This document shows positions 20,140 to 28,739 of a DNA stretch of 64,000 bases, one piece after another; positions within the stretch are counted from its first letter, which is position 1; every line of letters begins with the position of its first letter. Under the pieces are notes generated by a model. That model was not told the origin of the DNA. It saw only the letters and a list, made by a program, of their open reading frames with translations, and made no database searches. Source of the DNA: Candidatus Woesearchaeota archaeon (GTDB taxonomy: Archaea; Nanobdellota; Nanobdellia; SCGC-AAA011-G17; PNOQ01); NCBI GenBank assembly GCA_964344655.1, contig CAYFOF010000001.1:3907-67906 (forward strand). Direction: 5' to 3'. A program made the translations under genes and the position numbers.

Positions 20140-20503
20140 CTAAAGAGGGATTAGATTGTATTTCAGAACTTCTTCTCTTTAGAGTTTCCCAAAGGGTATC
20201 AATATCATCTTCTGGTAGAACTAATTTTTCTAATTCCCTTATTTCAATATCTGTTTTTTTTACAATTGTTTCTACGATATGGTATTGCGCCTCAGGTAAA
20301 AGTTCTTTTAAGGGAGAAAGTATTTGTTCTTTTAATTCCCTTATCCTTATTTGTTGAGCATAATATTGTTCAAACCCCCGCTCTATCTCTGTTCTATTTT
20401 TAGGATCATCCATATAGTCTGATCCTTTTGTTTGTCTTATTTCAGAAATATACATCGCACGATGATAGATTCTATCTCCTTCTACTATTTTTAATTTTGT
20501 CAT
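20129..20503 (-). CDS. hypothetical protein
   Basis: ORF in an operon. Confidence 0.3.
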   Translation of the reverse strand: MTKLKIVEGDRIYHRAMYISEIRQTKGSDYMDDPKNRTEIERGFEQYYAQQIRIRELKEQILSPLKELLPEAQYHIVETIVKKTDIEIRELEKLVLPEDDIDTLWETLKRRSSEIQSNPSLDGR

Positions 20504-20535
20504 TTTATCATAGATCCATTCAAATTTATAAAGAT

Positions 20536-21003
20536 TTATTTAATTTCCTTGAAGTAATCTTCTACTCTTTCTAAAATATTTTTGAGATAGAATTCCTTTA
20601 TTTGTTTTTTGAATATTGTGTGAAGTTCTTCGAACTCTGCAATTCTGTATTGGTTTCTAATATTTTCTACTAAATAAATATCTCTTAGCCTTTTTAGTTG
20701 TCTTCTAACATTTGAAGATGCAATTCCTTTTAGTGGAAGTTTTTGTTTTTTTCTTGAAGCAATTACTTTTTCTTTTATTTCTTCAGAATTCATTAAAAGT
20801 TGTTCATTTTTGTTGTCCATTAATACTTGTAAAATATCTACTATTATATCTCTAGAATCTCCGGGTTGTAATAATCCAATTGATAAACAAATTTTTCTTG
20901 TTAAATCTCTTTGAGAATTTGTTGAAGGTTTTTCATACCTTCTTAATGTTATTTCTGATAGTGGTGTATCTTTTGAAATAGTTTTAGCCATGCCAATAAT
21001 CAT
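20536..21003 (-). CDS. hypothetical protein, possible winged-helix regulator; true start probably Met5 (MAKTISK)
   Basis: TATA box is 9 nt upstream of the annotated ATG, so a leaderless start at the second ATG is likely; helix-rich basic protein. Confidence 0.35.
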   Translation of the reverse strand: MIIGMAKTISKDTPLSEITLRRYEKPSTNSQRDLTRKICLSIGLLQPGDSRDIIVDILQVLMDNKNEQLLMNSEEIKEKVIASRKKQKLPLKGIASSNVRRQLKRLRDIYLVENIRNQYRIAEFEELHTIFKKQIKEFYLKNILERVEDYFKEIK

Positions 21004-21012
21004 TAATCAATG

Positions 21013-21052
21013 TTTATAAATTGTCTCTCGGTCTTTGGCAAGCTGGCAAGCT
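21013..21052 (-). promoter_or_regulatory. promoter (TATA TTTATAAA) with upstream 19-bp GC-rich tandem-octamer element AGCTTGCCAGCTTGCCAAA (minus-strand sense)
   Basis: Element lies exactly 13 bp upstream of the TATA; an identical element with identical spacing occurs at 23574..23613 on the opposite strand. Confidence 0.4.
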
Positions 21053-21299
21053 ATCTTTTTCTTTTTAGTATATTTCTTAAGATATTTAAAGAGGCACCAT
21101 CTAATATTTCTTCCAAACCTGTTCCTTCAAAATTTCCTTGTTTTAGAAATGTTCTATCTAAATTTGTTGGATATTTAGAAATAACATCATAATTTCTTGA
21201 AAGTACGCCTTCCTCTACAATTCCTTTTTGTGAAAGAATTTCATGGTATTCCGTTGCTAATCTTTTGTTTGACATCATTTTATAATCTACTCCTATCAC
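21051..21299 (-). CDS. hypothetical protein
   Basis: ORF. Confidence 0.3.
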   Translation of the reverse strand: MIGVDYKMMSNKRLATEYHEILSQKGIVEEGVLSRNYDVISKYPTNLDRTFLKQGNFEGTGLEEILDGASLNILRNILKRKR

Positions 21300-22062
21300 C
21301 TTCTGAATATCTTTCTACTAATCCCCAAAAATCAAATGGATTTTCTTTTATTACTTTTAATGATCCATATGGGCAAAGTAAGTATCCTTCTTTTGGAGGA
21401 ATGTATCCTTCTGTGTTTCCAAACACCACACGTACTGGACGATTTCCAGAGCTTCCTATTTCAGTCACTATTCCTTTAATTCCTGGAGGAGCATAGAAAG
21501 AATACTCATAGCTTTCTTTTGTTTGTTCTACTAACCTTCCAGGACTTGCATTAGATAATATCTCTACTTGATTCGTTACCTTTTTTCTTCCAAATCTTCC
21601 ACTAGGTAAAAGAACAAGATTATTTCCATTATGATTTAGTTCTTTTTCTGTTGGATATTCATCGCATGCTTCCCATCTTACACGAAGAGGAAAATCCAAA
21701 TCTAAATTTACCCTTATAATAACTCCCTTCATTCCTGGTTTTAAAAAATAATCATAACCAGATGAAGGTTCAGAATTTATGAATTCTACAAAATCATATT
21801 GTTTGATATGTCTAGCAACATGCTCTGCTCCAACAATCTCAAAATTACCTTGCACATATACTCTACTTATAAAATCTTGTACTCCTTCTCTAGAAAAATC
21901 TCTCATTTCTTGAGGAACATTGTAATCAAAAAGTTCATCATTTTCTTGCAAATGGCTTAAAACTTTCTCTAATGTTTTCCCCGGAATTCTTTTTGTGGTT
22001 ACTGGGACTATTCTATCTCCCTGTACTATTCCTAATTCTGGTGTTTTCCTCTGATCTTCCAT
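21280..22062 (-). CDS. hypothetical protein with an internal duplicated PGxKG(I/V) module
   Basis: ORF; repeated KPGMKGVIIRV / PPGIKGIVTEI segments. Confidence 0.35.
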   Translation of the reverse strand: MEDQRKTPELGIVQGDRIVPVTTKRIPGKTLEKVLSHLQENDELFDYNVPQEMRDFSREGVQDFISRVYVQGNFEIVGAEHVARHIKQYDFVEFINSEPSSGYDYFLKPGMKGVIIRVNLDLDFPLRVRWEACDEYPTEKELNHNGNNLVLLPSGRFGRKKVTNQVEILSNASPGRLVEQTKESYEYSFYAPPGIKGIVTEIGSSGNRPVRVVFGNTEGYIPPKEGYLLCPYGSLKVIKENPFDFWGLVERYSEGDRSRL

Positions 22063-22094
22063 ATTTTTGTAAAAAATATTCCTTTTATAAAGCT

Positions 22095-23138
22095 TTAGAA
22101 TTCGGTTAATTTCTTAGAATAATTTACAATTGAGGATTTTCCAGGAACTTCAAGAACATCTAACATGTGATTTTTCTTTAATTCATCTATTTTTCTGTGG
22201 AATGTTCTATAAGAAAACTTATCTTCAACCATTGAATGTAATTCTTTTACGGTTTTTCCGGAATTTTGTTTTACTAAATCTAGGATTGTTTGTTCATCAT
22301 CTCCAAATTCTTGGGAGTTTTTTATTTTGAAACCTTCTAATTTAGATAATGCTTTGTTTGCGTGTTCTAGATTTATCTTTCTGGAAGCTTTCATTTCTGC
22401 TGAATTTCCAGCTTCACGAAGTAAGAATAATCCTGAACGGATATCTCCAATTTGTATTGTTTTGCTTATTATTGCTTTTAATGCATCGTGATCCCAAACG
22501 TCTGGAACGAAAGCGTATTTTATTCTTTCTTTCATAATTCCTGTAGTTTCTTCTGCGTTGTATTCGTTAAATTCTAGAAGTTCTGGCATTAATCTTGATT
22601 TTACCCTATCATCTAATTGAGTTAGCCATTCTTTGTTGTTGGCAATTAAGATTAATGATTTTTTTAGTAAATCTTCGCAGAATGAGTATAAAATATCTAC
22701 TTCTCTAACTTTATCTACTTCGTCTAAAAATAAAACTACACTTCTTTTGTTTAGTTCTTTTGCAACTATATCCATTAATTCATCTGTTCTTTTGTTTTGT
22801 GTCCATTTGTATCCAACTTGATTGCAGATTTCTAAAAGTATTTTGTAGCTAGAGTCTTTTTTCCAACAATTTATGTAAATTGCTTTGACATCTCCTGTTT
22901 TTTCTTCTAATTCTCTTTTTACATATAGTGCAGCTAGTGTTTTTCCAATTCCTGGAGCACCTTGAATGAATAGATTTCTTCCAGTTTTGTTATTTAGTAA
23001 GGGTGCAATGCATTCTGCAATGAATTGTTGTTGATTTTCTCGGTATGGAATTTGTTTTGGGACGTAATCATAATCTAATGCAATTTCATCTAAAAATAAA
23101 GATTCGTTTTCGTGAAGAATGTTATCAAATAATCCCAT
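22095..23138 (-). CDS. cdc6: Orc1/Cdc6 replication initiator (AAA+ ATPase plus winged helix)
   Basis: Walker A GAPGIGKT, Walker B LFLDEVD, C-terminal winged-helix region. Confidence 0.85.
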   Translation of the reverse strand: MGLFDNILHENESLFLDEIALDYDYVPKQIPYRENQQQFIAECIAPLLNNKTGRNLFIQGAPGIGKTLAALYVKRELEEKTGDVKAIYINCWKKDSSYKILLEICNQVGYKWTQNKRTDELMDIVAKELNKRSVVLFLDEVDKVREVDILYSFCEDLLKKSLILIANNKEWLTQLDDRVKSRLMPELLEFNEYNAEETTGIMKERIKYAFVPDVWDHDALKAIISKTIQIGDIRSGLFLLREAGNSAEMKASRKINLEHANKALSKLEGFKIKNSQEFGDDEQTILDLVKQNSGKTVKELHSMVEDKFSYRTFHRKIDELKKNHMLDVLEVPGKSSIVNYSKKLTEF

Positions 23139-23173
23139 AAAAATGATAAAAAGAAAGAAAGATATAAAACTTT

Positions 23174-23527
23174 CTAAAGTTCTTTAAGTCCTTCATCTGT
23201 GTTGGTTACAAACCTAAAACCTACTCCGGACTTCATAAGAGCAGCAATTAAAGCCATATGTTCTTTTCCAGTTCCAGAAACAAAGTTAACTGCAACTTCA
23301 TCTTTTACTTTTTCTTTTAGAATTTTAGCTATTTCATCTCTTAGTTCTTCTTCTGAAGCTGAAGAGTTTACAACTATTAATTCTGTGTTTTCTGCTGCTG
23401 TAAATTTTTCTTTTCCGAAATCGTTAGTTAGTAAATAGACTTTATCCCAGCTTTCTGCGTTAATTAGTCCAGTTACTTGTCCCCAAGTTCCTTTTCCTGT
23501 TGATAGGAATGCTATTAAATCTGTCAT
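23174..23527 (-). CDS. hypothetical protein
   Basis: ORF. Confidence 0.35.
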   Translation of the reverse strand: MTDLIAFLSTGKGTWGQVTGLINAESWDKVYLLTNDFGKEKFTAAENTELIVVNSSASEEELRDEIAKILKEKVKDEVAVNFVSGTGKEHMALIAALMKSGVGFRFVTNTDEGLKEL

Positions 23528-23573
23528 TTTATGTTTGCTTTTTATTTGGTGTATTTAAGTTTTGTTGTTTTGA

Positions 23574-23613
23574 AGCTTGCCAGCTTGCCAAACGTGCGGG
23601 TGAGATATATAAA
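23574..23613 (+). promoter_or_regulatory. promoter (TATA TATATAAA) with upstream 19-bp element AGCTTGCCAGCTTGCCAAA, second copy on the plus strand
   Basis: Same 19-mer and same 13-bp spacing to TATA as the site at 21013..21052. Confidence 0.4.
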
Positions 23614-23656
23614 CAATTTTTCTCATAATTAGTATACATCATGGAGGTGATGCTTA

Positions 23657-23758
23657 ATGGTTAAATACTTACATTGGGAAGATTTTGTTGAAGAAGAGTT
23701 GGAGATCAAGTTTTGGAAGTTAATCCATAATAGTGCAGTGTGTCATTTGAAAATCTAA
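23657..23758 (+). CDS. small ORF (33 aa) preceded by a GGAGGTGA Shine-Dalgarno-like sequence
   Basis: SD 6 nt upstream of ATG; about 44 nt downstream of the operator-bearing promoter. Confidence 0.25.
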   Translation: MVKYLHWEDFVEEELEIKFWKLIHNSAVCHLKI

Positions 23759-23759
23759 A

Positions 23760-23867
23760 ATGGAAGAATACAACTATTATGAGAAAGAATGTATAATTCA
23801 GTTGGAAGAGGATGGAGATATAGATCCTTATGATGCTGGGTTTATGCATGGGTTTTTGGAAGCATAA
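23760..23867 (+). CDS. small ORF (35 aa) starting one nt after the preceding small ORF stop
   Basis: TAAAATG junction suggests translational coupling; acidic peptide. Confidence 0.2.
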   Translation: MEEYNYYEKECIIQLEEDGDIDPYDAGFMHGFLEA

Positions 23868-23901
23868 TAAGTTTTAAAAAACCTAAAAATTAACTTTTTT
23901 T

Positions 23902-24486
23902 ATGAATATATTAGCATTTACGGATCCGCACTTTGATGAGAAGATTAGTTCTAAATTGATTTCTAGAGCAAAGAAGGCAGATGTTGTGGTTTGTGCAGGA
24001 GATTTTACTAATTTTGGAAGGAATTTTGATAAGATAATAAAAGATTTTGATAAGTTTGAAAAGCCAACAATAATTGTTCCTGGGAATCATGAAGAAGGAG
24101 AGGATTTTAAGTTAATAACAAATAAGCAAGTTAAGTTTTTACATAAGAAAAGTATTGTTATTGGAGATTATTTATTTTTTGGATATGGATATGGGGGTTT
24201 TTCTGAAAAGTATAAAGACTTAGAGAAGTTAATTCCTAAGTTAAAAGAAAAAGCTAAAGGAAAGAAAGTTATTTTTGTTACACATCCACCAATTTATGGA
24301 ACATCTACAGATTTCGTTGATTGGGCAGGACATGTTGGAAATAAATCTGCTTTGAAATTAATAAAAGAAATAAAACCAATGTTAGTTATTTGTGGACATA
24401 TTGAAGAAAATTTTGGACAAATTGATAATGTTGGTAAAACTATAATAATTAATCCAGGAGATAAAGGAAAAATTCTGGAAGTTTAA
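23902..24486 (+). CDS. calcineurin-like metallophosphoesterase
   Basis: DPHFD, GDFTNFG and GNHE metallophosphatase motifs. Confidence 0.7.
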   Translation: MNILAFTDPHFDEKISSKLISRAKKADVVVCAGDFTNFGRNFDKIIKDFDKFEKPTIIVPGNHEEGEDFKLITNKQVKFLHKKSIVIGDYLFFGYGYGGFSEKYKDLEKLIPKLKEKAKGKKVIFVTHPPIYGTSTDFVDWAGHVGNKSALKLIKEIKPMLVICGHIEENFGQIDNVGKTIIINPGDKGKILEV

Positions 24487-24638
24487 TTTTTATGTCTAGA
24501 AATTGCCATTCCGGTAAATCCAAGGCCCATTCCAATAAATAATCCTGCTGGAACATTTCCGAAAAGCATTCCGAATCCTAAACCAAGGAAAATTCCAGCT
24601 GGAATAAATATTCCTGATCTATCTTCTTTTTTTGCCAT
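24483..24638 (-). CDS. small membrane protein (51 aa) with glycine-zipper TM segments
   Basis: Manual translation MAKKEDRSGIFIPAGIFLGLGFGMLFGNVPAGLFIGMGLGFTGMAISRHKN; shorter than the ORF-track cutoff. Confidence 0.3.
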   Translation of the reverse strand: MAKKEDRSGIFIPAGIFLGLGFGMLFGNVPAGLFIGMGLGFTGMAISRHKN

Positions 24639-24669
24639 AATTAATTTTTATTTTTTTGATATATAAATA

Positions 24670-25401
24670 TTACTGTAGAAATAAACTTTGATAATTCATG
24701 AAAATCATTTTTTCTAATTCTTCTGGCGTTATTTGTTTTAGTTCTGCAATTTTTTTAATTGAATCTTGAATGAATGCAGGTTCATTCGGTTCTTCTCTTG
24801 GTGAAAGATAAGGAGCATCGGTTTCTGTTAATAATTTTTTTAGTGGAATTCTTTTTGCTAGCTTTCTAAATGTTTTATTTTTTGTTACTGAGGTTGGGAT
24901 TGTGAAATAATAATTTAGTTCAATTGCTTTTTCTGTTAATTCTTTGTTTCCAGAAAAACAATGCATTATAACTTTTTTTGGATTGTGAGCTTCTAAAAGT
25001 TTTAATGTTTCTTCTTCTGCTTTTCTTGAATGAACTATTATTGGAATGTCTAATTCTTTTGCTAAATTTATGAATTTTATTAAGACTAATTTTTGTCTTT
25101 CAATGTTTTCTACTCTAAAATTATCTAAACCGACTTCTCCGATTGCGAAAGGTTTGTTTTTTCTTATGAAATCTATTTCTTTATCTATTTCTTTATCAGT
25201 TAAAGAAACTGCTTTATCTGGATACATTCCTAAAGCAGGTTTTACTTTATCATATTTATTTGCTATTTCTAGAACTCTTCTATTGCTTTCAGGTCCTGTT
25301 CCATTTGAAATTATTACTTTTACTTCTTCTTTGTTTATTGCTTTATCTAGATCTTTTTCTTTTTCTAATAAATCTAGATGTGCGTGTACGTCAATTAACA
25401 T
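24670..25401 (-). CDS. tatD: TatD-family metal-dependent hydrolase/DNase
   Basis: N-terminal IDVHAHLD and TIM-barrel amidohydrolase pattern. Confidence 0.8.
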   Translation of the reverse strand: MLIDVHAHLDLLEKEKDLDKAINKEEVKVIISNGTGPESNRRVLEIANKYDKVKPALGMYPDKAVSLTDKEIDKEIDFIRKNKPFAIGEVGLDNFRVENIERQKLVLIKFINLAKELDIPIIVHSRKAEEETLKLLEAHNPKKVIMHCFSGNKELTEKAIELNYYFTIPTSVTKNKTFRKLAKRIPLKKLLTETDAPYLSPREEPNEPAFIQDSIKKIAELKQITPEELEKMIFMNYQSLFLQ

Positions 25402-25440
25402 AGAATTTAGAAGAAAGGTTTGTTTTTAAGATTATTGGAA

Positions 25441-25749
25441 TCACCAGCTTTTTCCGGGTTGGTTTTTGTAATGTTCCAGTCTCTTTTTGTAATGGCGACT
25501 CTCAGGATCAACTTCTATTCCGTATTGTATGCATTCTGCTATTACGTCTAGTTCTGCACGAGTTGGTCTGGGTAATTTTTCATTTCCCTTGATTTGTTTT
25601 ATTTTTTGTATTAGGTTTTGTCTAGAATTTTTGGGAGTTGATCTTGAGGCTAAGGCATGTCTACTTCTTTCTTCTTCTGTAAGGCGAGCAGGACGAATAT
25701 AACTTGCAATAATTGCTATTAGCTCTTTTTTAGAAGAATTTTCTTGCAT
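25441..25749 (-). CDS. hypothetical basic protein
   Basis: ORF; locally higher GC. Confidence 0.3.
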   Translation of the reverse strand: MQENSSKKELIAIIASYIRPARLTEEERSRHALASRSTPKNSRQNLIQKIKQIKGNEKLPRPTRAELDVIAECIQYGIEVDPESRHYKKRLEHYKNQPGKSW

Positions 25750-25780
25750 AGTGTAGTTTTATCTATTAACTATTTAAAGA

Positions 25781-27004
25781 TTATTGGAATGGAGAAATAA
25801 AGTATCCCCACATTGCAGGTATTAAGAAGAATAAAAATAATATTAATAGTATTATACTTACTGCTGCAAATATTGTTTTTGCTACTTTTTCATTTTTTAT
25901 TACTGAACTTAATGCAATGAAGAACATTTGTCCTCCATCTACAATTCCAAGAGGAAGTAAATTAACTAATCCTACCATGAAATTTGTTAAGAACAACCAG
26001 TAAATTAATATTGATAACCAAGCAAATACTTGAACAGGAACTTTCCCAACACTATCTAGTATTGATTGTTTTATCCCAGATTTATTTGCTAGGTTTATCC
26101 CCATGTATCCATAATCTTGTTCACCAGGATGTTCAGTTAGAACTAAATTATAAGTATTATTTTCAGTTTGTAACGTAACTTTTTCAAATGGTTCAGTTTT
26201 ATTGAGTTCGGCAAATAATTCTTCTACTGTAGATATTTGCACACCATTAAAAGAAGTTATAATTTCATTTATTCCAACTCCTGCTTCGAATGCGGGAGAA
26301 TCTTCTGAAACTCCAGCAATCATAATTCCTTGATGTTCCATCATTGCTCCAGAAATCGGGGCAAAAATTAAAGATAAAATTAAGAAAAATATTCCTGCGA
26401 AAATAAAGTTTGAAAATGTTCCGGCAGATAATACAGCTAGCTGAGCTTTTTTTGATTTTTTACTCATTTGTTTTTCATCGGGTTCTACGAAAGCTGCAGG
26501 AATTATTGGAAGTAAAATCCCAAAGAAAGCAAATCCAGAAGATTTAACTTTTATTTTATACATCCTTGCAAAAATTCCGTGTGCAAATTCGTGAACTGTT
26601 GCTAAAACAAAAATTGCAACAATCCAATGAACAAAAGAAAGTTGGGGCATTCCAGGGATTGAAGCTCCGGGTAATAACGGTGCAACTACTGCTTCTTGCT
26701 CTACAAAGAAATATTTGTAAACAGAAAATAAGAACAAACCAGTCATTGCAATCATTCCAGTAAATCCAAGAATTATAGAAGTATAACTTAATCCGTTTCT
26801 CCATTTCTTAAGACGTTCTGCAATAGAGTCCATTTTTTTGAGACCCCATTTAGTTTTGTACATAATTAAGTATAGGAATGGGAATAGTATTTTTTGTAAT
26901 TCTAAATTTTTTCTTTTGAAATATAATAAGAAAGTCATAACTAAAGCAAATAATATTAACATTACGTAATCTGTATTAGCGGCTATAAAAGCAGATATCA
27001 CCAT
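25781..27004 (-). CDS. site-2 protease (M50 family) with PDZ domain
   Basis: HEFAHGIFAR HExxH motif in a TM helix, NLLPLGIVDGG LDG motif. Confidence 0.75.
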   Translation of the reverse strand: MVISAFIAANTDYVMLILFALVMTFLLYFKRKNLELQKILFPFLYLIMYKTKWGLKKMDSIAERLKKWRNGLSYTSIILGFTGMIAMTGLFLFSVYKYFFVEQEAVVAPLLPGASIPGMPQLSFVHWIVAIFVLATVHEFAHGIFARMYKIKVKSSGFAFFGILLPIIPAAFVEPDEKQMSKKSKKAQLAVLSAGTFSNFIFAGIFFLILSLIFAPISGAMMEHQGIMIAGVSEDSPAFEAGVGINEIITSFNGVQISTVEELFAELNKTEPFEKVTLQTENNTYNLVLTEHPGEQDYGYMGINLANKSGIKQSILDSVGKVPVQVFAWLSILIYWLFLTNFMVGLVNLLPLGIVDGGQMFFIALSSVIKNEKVAKTIFAAVSIILLILFLFFLIPAMWGYFISPFQ

Positions 27005-27013
27005 TTTAAATCA

Positions 27014-27181
27014 TTATTTAGCTTTTCTTGGAACTCTGAAAGCCTTTCCACCACATTTTCTACAAAGAATTTTTCCTTGTAAAACTTTTTGAGTTGTGGA
27101 TCTTTGTTTAGACTTGCATTTCTTGCATACGAAGACATTATTGAATAGTCTTGCTTGAGTTTCTTCAAATTTAGATGCCAT
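27014..27181 (-). CDS. rpl40e: ribosomal protein eL40 (55 aa, C4 zinc ribbon)
   Basis: Manual translation MASKFEETQARLFNNVFVCKKCKSKQRSTTQKVLQGKILCRKCGGKAFRVPRKAK matches the archaeal L40e pattern. Confidence 0.6.
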   Translation of the reverse strand: MASKFEETQARLFNNVFVCKKCKSKQRSTTQKVLQGKILCRKCGGKAFRVPRKAK

Positions 27182-27183
27182 TT

Positions 27184-27570
27184 TTATTTAGATCTCATGA
27201 CCTTTTGGCCTAAGATAATCCAATAGTTTACTTGGTCACCTTCTTTTACTTGGTCTTTTAAGTCTTCCGGTATGTCCAAATCAAATGTTTCATAGGATTT
27301 CATATCCATTACATTTGCTTTATTTCCAGCAATAGACAATACTTGAGCAGTTTCCTTTTCAATTATTGGAACTTCTACTTTGTCGTGTCCTGGGAAAACT
27401 TTTATTATTTTGGAACCATCTGTTATTGAAACAGCAGCTATTCTAGCTTTTGGGTGTCCGTGTTTTCCTGTCTTGGAAATTTCTATGGATGTAACCTTGC
27501 AAGCTTTATCATCGAAAATAACAAAGCCACCGACTTTTAAACCACTTGCGTGAACTAATTTTTTATCCAT
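27184..27570 (-). CDS. eif5a: translation initiation factor 5A (aIF-5A)
   Basis: Hypusination loop SKTGKHGHPK. Confidence 0.85.
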   Translation of the reverse strand: MDKKLVHASGLKVGGFVIFDDKACKVTSIEISKTGKHGHPKARIAAVSITDGSKIIKVFPGHDKVEVPIIEKETAQVLSIAGNKANVMDMKSYETFDLDIPEDLKDQVKEGDQVNYWIILGQKVMRSK

Positions 27571-27612
27571 TATAAAAAAAGAAAGAAAGCCAGGTCTTTA
27601 TAAAATTTGTGT

Positions 27613-27987
27613 TTATAATCTGGCCAGCGTTTTCATTACATCATCAATTTCCTTTTGTTGTTTTTTGGATCTTGACTTTTTTTTCTTTTCCATTAAAGTA
27701 TCCGCCAATATTTTTTCCATGTATTTTAGTTTAATATTTGTTTCAGATAATTCTTTAGAAACATTTCCTAGTGCACACCAAAGTTGTGCTTCTCTTGGAT
27801 TCTTTGAAAGAAGTAAAGCTTCTCGGTTTGCTGATGCTTGAGAAATTCTTCCTTCTACATGGTCTTTTATTACCGGATCTATTTCATTTCGCCAGTTCAT
27901 CTTACTATGGGGGAGTGGGAATAAACTTAAAAGGTTTTTTATTGTACAGTTAAATTTAAATATAGAGTCTAAACTCAAGTTAAACAT
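27613..27987 (-). CDS. hypothetical protein (start possibly at internal Met)
   Basis: ORF. Confidence 0.3.
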   Translation of the reverse strand: MFNLSLDSIFKFNCTIKNLLSLFPLPHSKMNWRNEIDPVIKDHVEGRISQASANREALLLSKNPREAQLWCALGNVSKELSETNIKLKYMEKILADTLMEKKKKSRSKKQQKEIDDVMKTLARL

Positions 27988-28657
27988 GGAAAAATTAAAG
28001 AAAGGCGATTTTGTAGAACTAGAATATACTGGTAGAATTAAATTGATGGATAAAGTTTTTGATACTTCTGATGAAGAAGTTGCTAAATCTAATAATATTT
28101 ATAATGAAAAAATGAAATATGGACCAATCACTATTTGTATTGGTGAAAAAAATGTTCTTCAAGGATTAGATGATGAATTAGCTGGGAAAGAAATTGGTAA
28201 AGATTATGAAATTGATGTTTCTCCAGAAAAAGGATTTGGTAAAAAAGATCCAAAAAGAATGAAAATAGTTTCTATGTCTTTATTTAGAAAACAAAAAATG
28301 AATCCTTACCCGGGATTGCAAATTAATGCTGATGGAATGATTGGAACTGTAAGAAGTGTTAATGGAGGAAGAGTAAATTTAGACTTTAATCATCCTTTGG
28401 CAGGCAGAGATTTGGTTTATACTTTTAAAATCATAAAAAAAGTTGAAGATTTGAAAGAAAAAGTTGATAGCGTTATGAAATTTGGGTTAGAGATGTTTGG
28501 CCCAGACATGTTTAAGAAAGAATTGACTGGAAATAATTTAAAAATTAGTTCTAAAATGAAGCTTCCAGAACAAATTCAAAAAACATTTGAAGAGAAATTT
28601 AAGAAATTAGTTCCTGAGCTTGAAAAAGTTGAATTTATAGAGGAAAAACCCAAATAA
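27986..28657 (+). CDS. FKBP-type peptidyl-prolyl cis-trans isomerase (long archaeal type with IF domain)
   Basis: FKBP domain pattern GDFVELEYTGR...; length and insert typical of SlyD/FKBP. Confidence 0.7.
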   Translation: MEKLKKGDFVELEYTGRIKLMDKVFDTSDEEVAKSNNIYNEKMKYGPITICIGEKNVLQGLDDELAGKEIGKDYEIDVSPEKGFGKKDPKRMKIVSMSLFRKQKMNPYPGLQINADGMIGTVRSVNGGRVNLDFNHPLAGRDLVYTFKIIKKVEDLKEKVDSVMKFGLEMFGPDMFKKELTGNNLKISSKMKLPEQIQKTFEEKFKKLVPELEKVEFIEEKPK

Positions 28658-28739
28658 CCACTTTAGGATAATTAACTTTATAAATTAAATTGGATTCCCC
28701 CTTTTTATGCTAAGTTATACAAATAGAGGGGGATTTTAA

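Noticed and set aside
21034-23592. Interpretation of the inverted 19-bp pair as terminal inverted repeats of a transposon or integrated element
   Set aside because: No transposase, integrase or target-site duplication was seen. Both copies are positioned identically relative to TATA boxes, which favours an operator function. The mobile-element alternative is kept only as a minor possibility in the finding.
22095-23901. Replication origin next to orc1/cdc6
   Set aside because: No canonical ORB/mini-ORB inverted repeats flanking an AT-rich unwinding element were recognisable. The only repeated element nearby (the 19-mer) sits at promoter-like spacing from TATA boxes, so an origin call is not supported from sequence alone.
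27588-27628. Inverted pentamers GCCAG ... CTGGC flanking the TATA region upstream of aIF5A
   Set aside because: Arms are only 5 bp and imperfect beyond that; the chance expectation is too high to call an operator.
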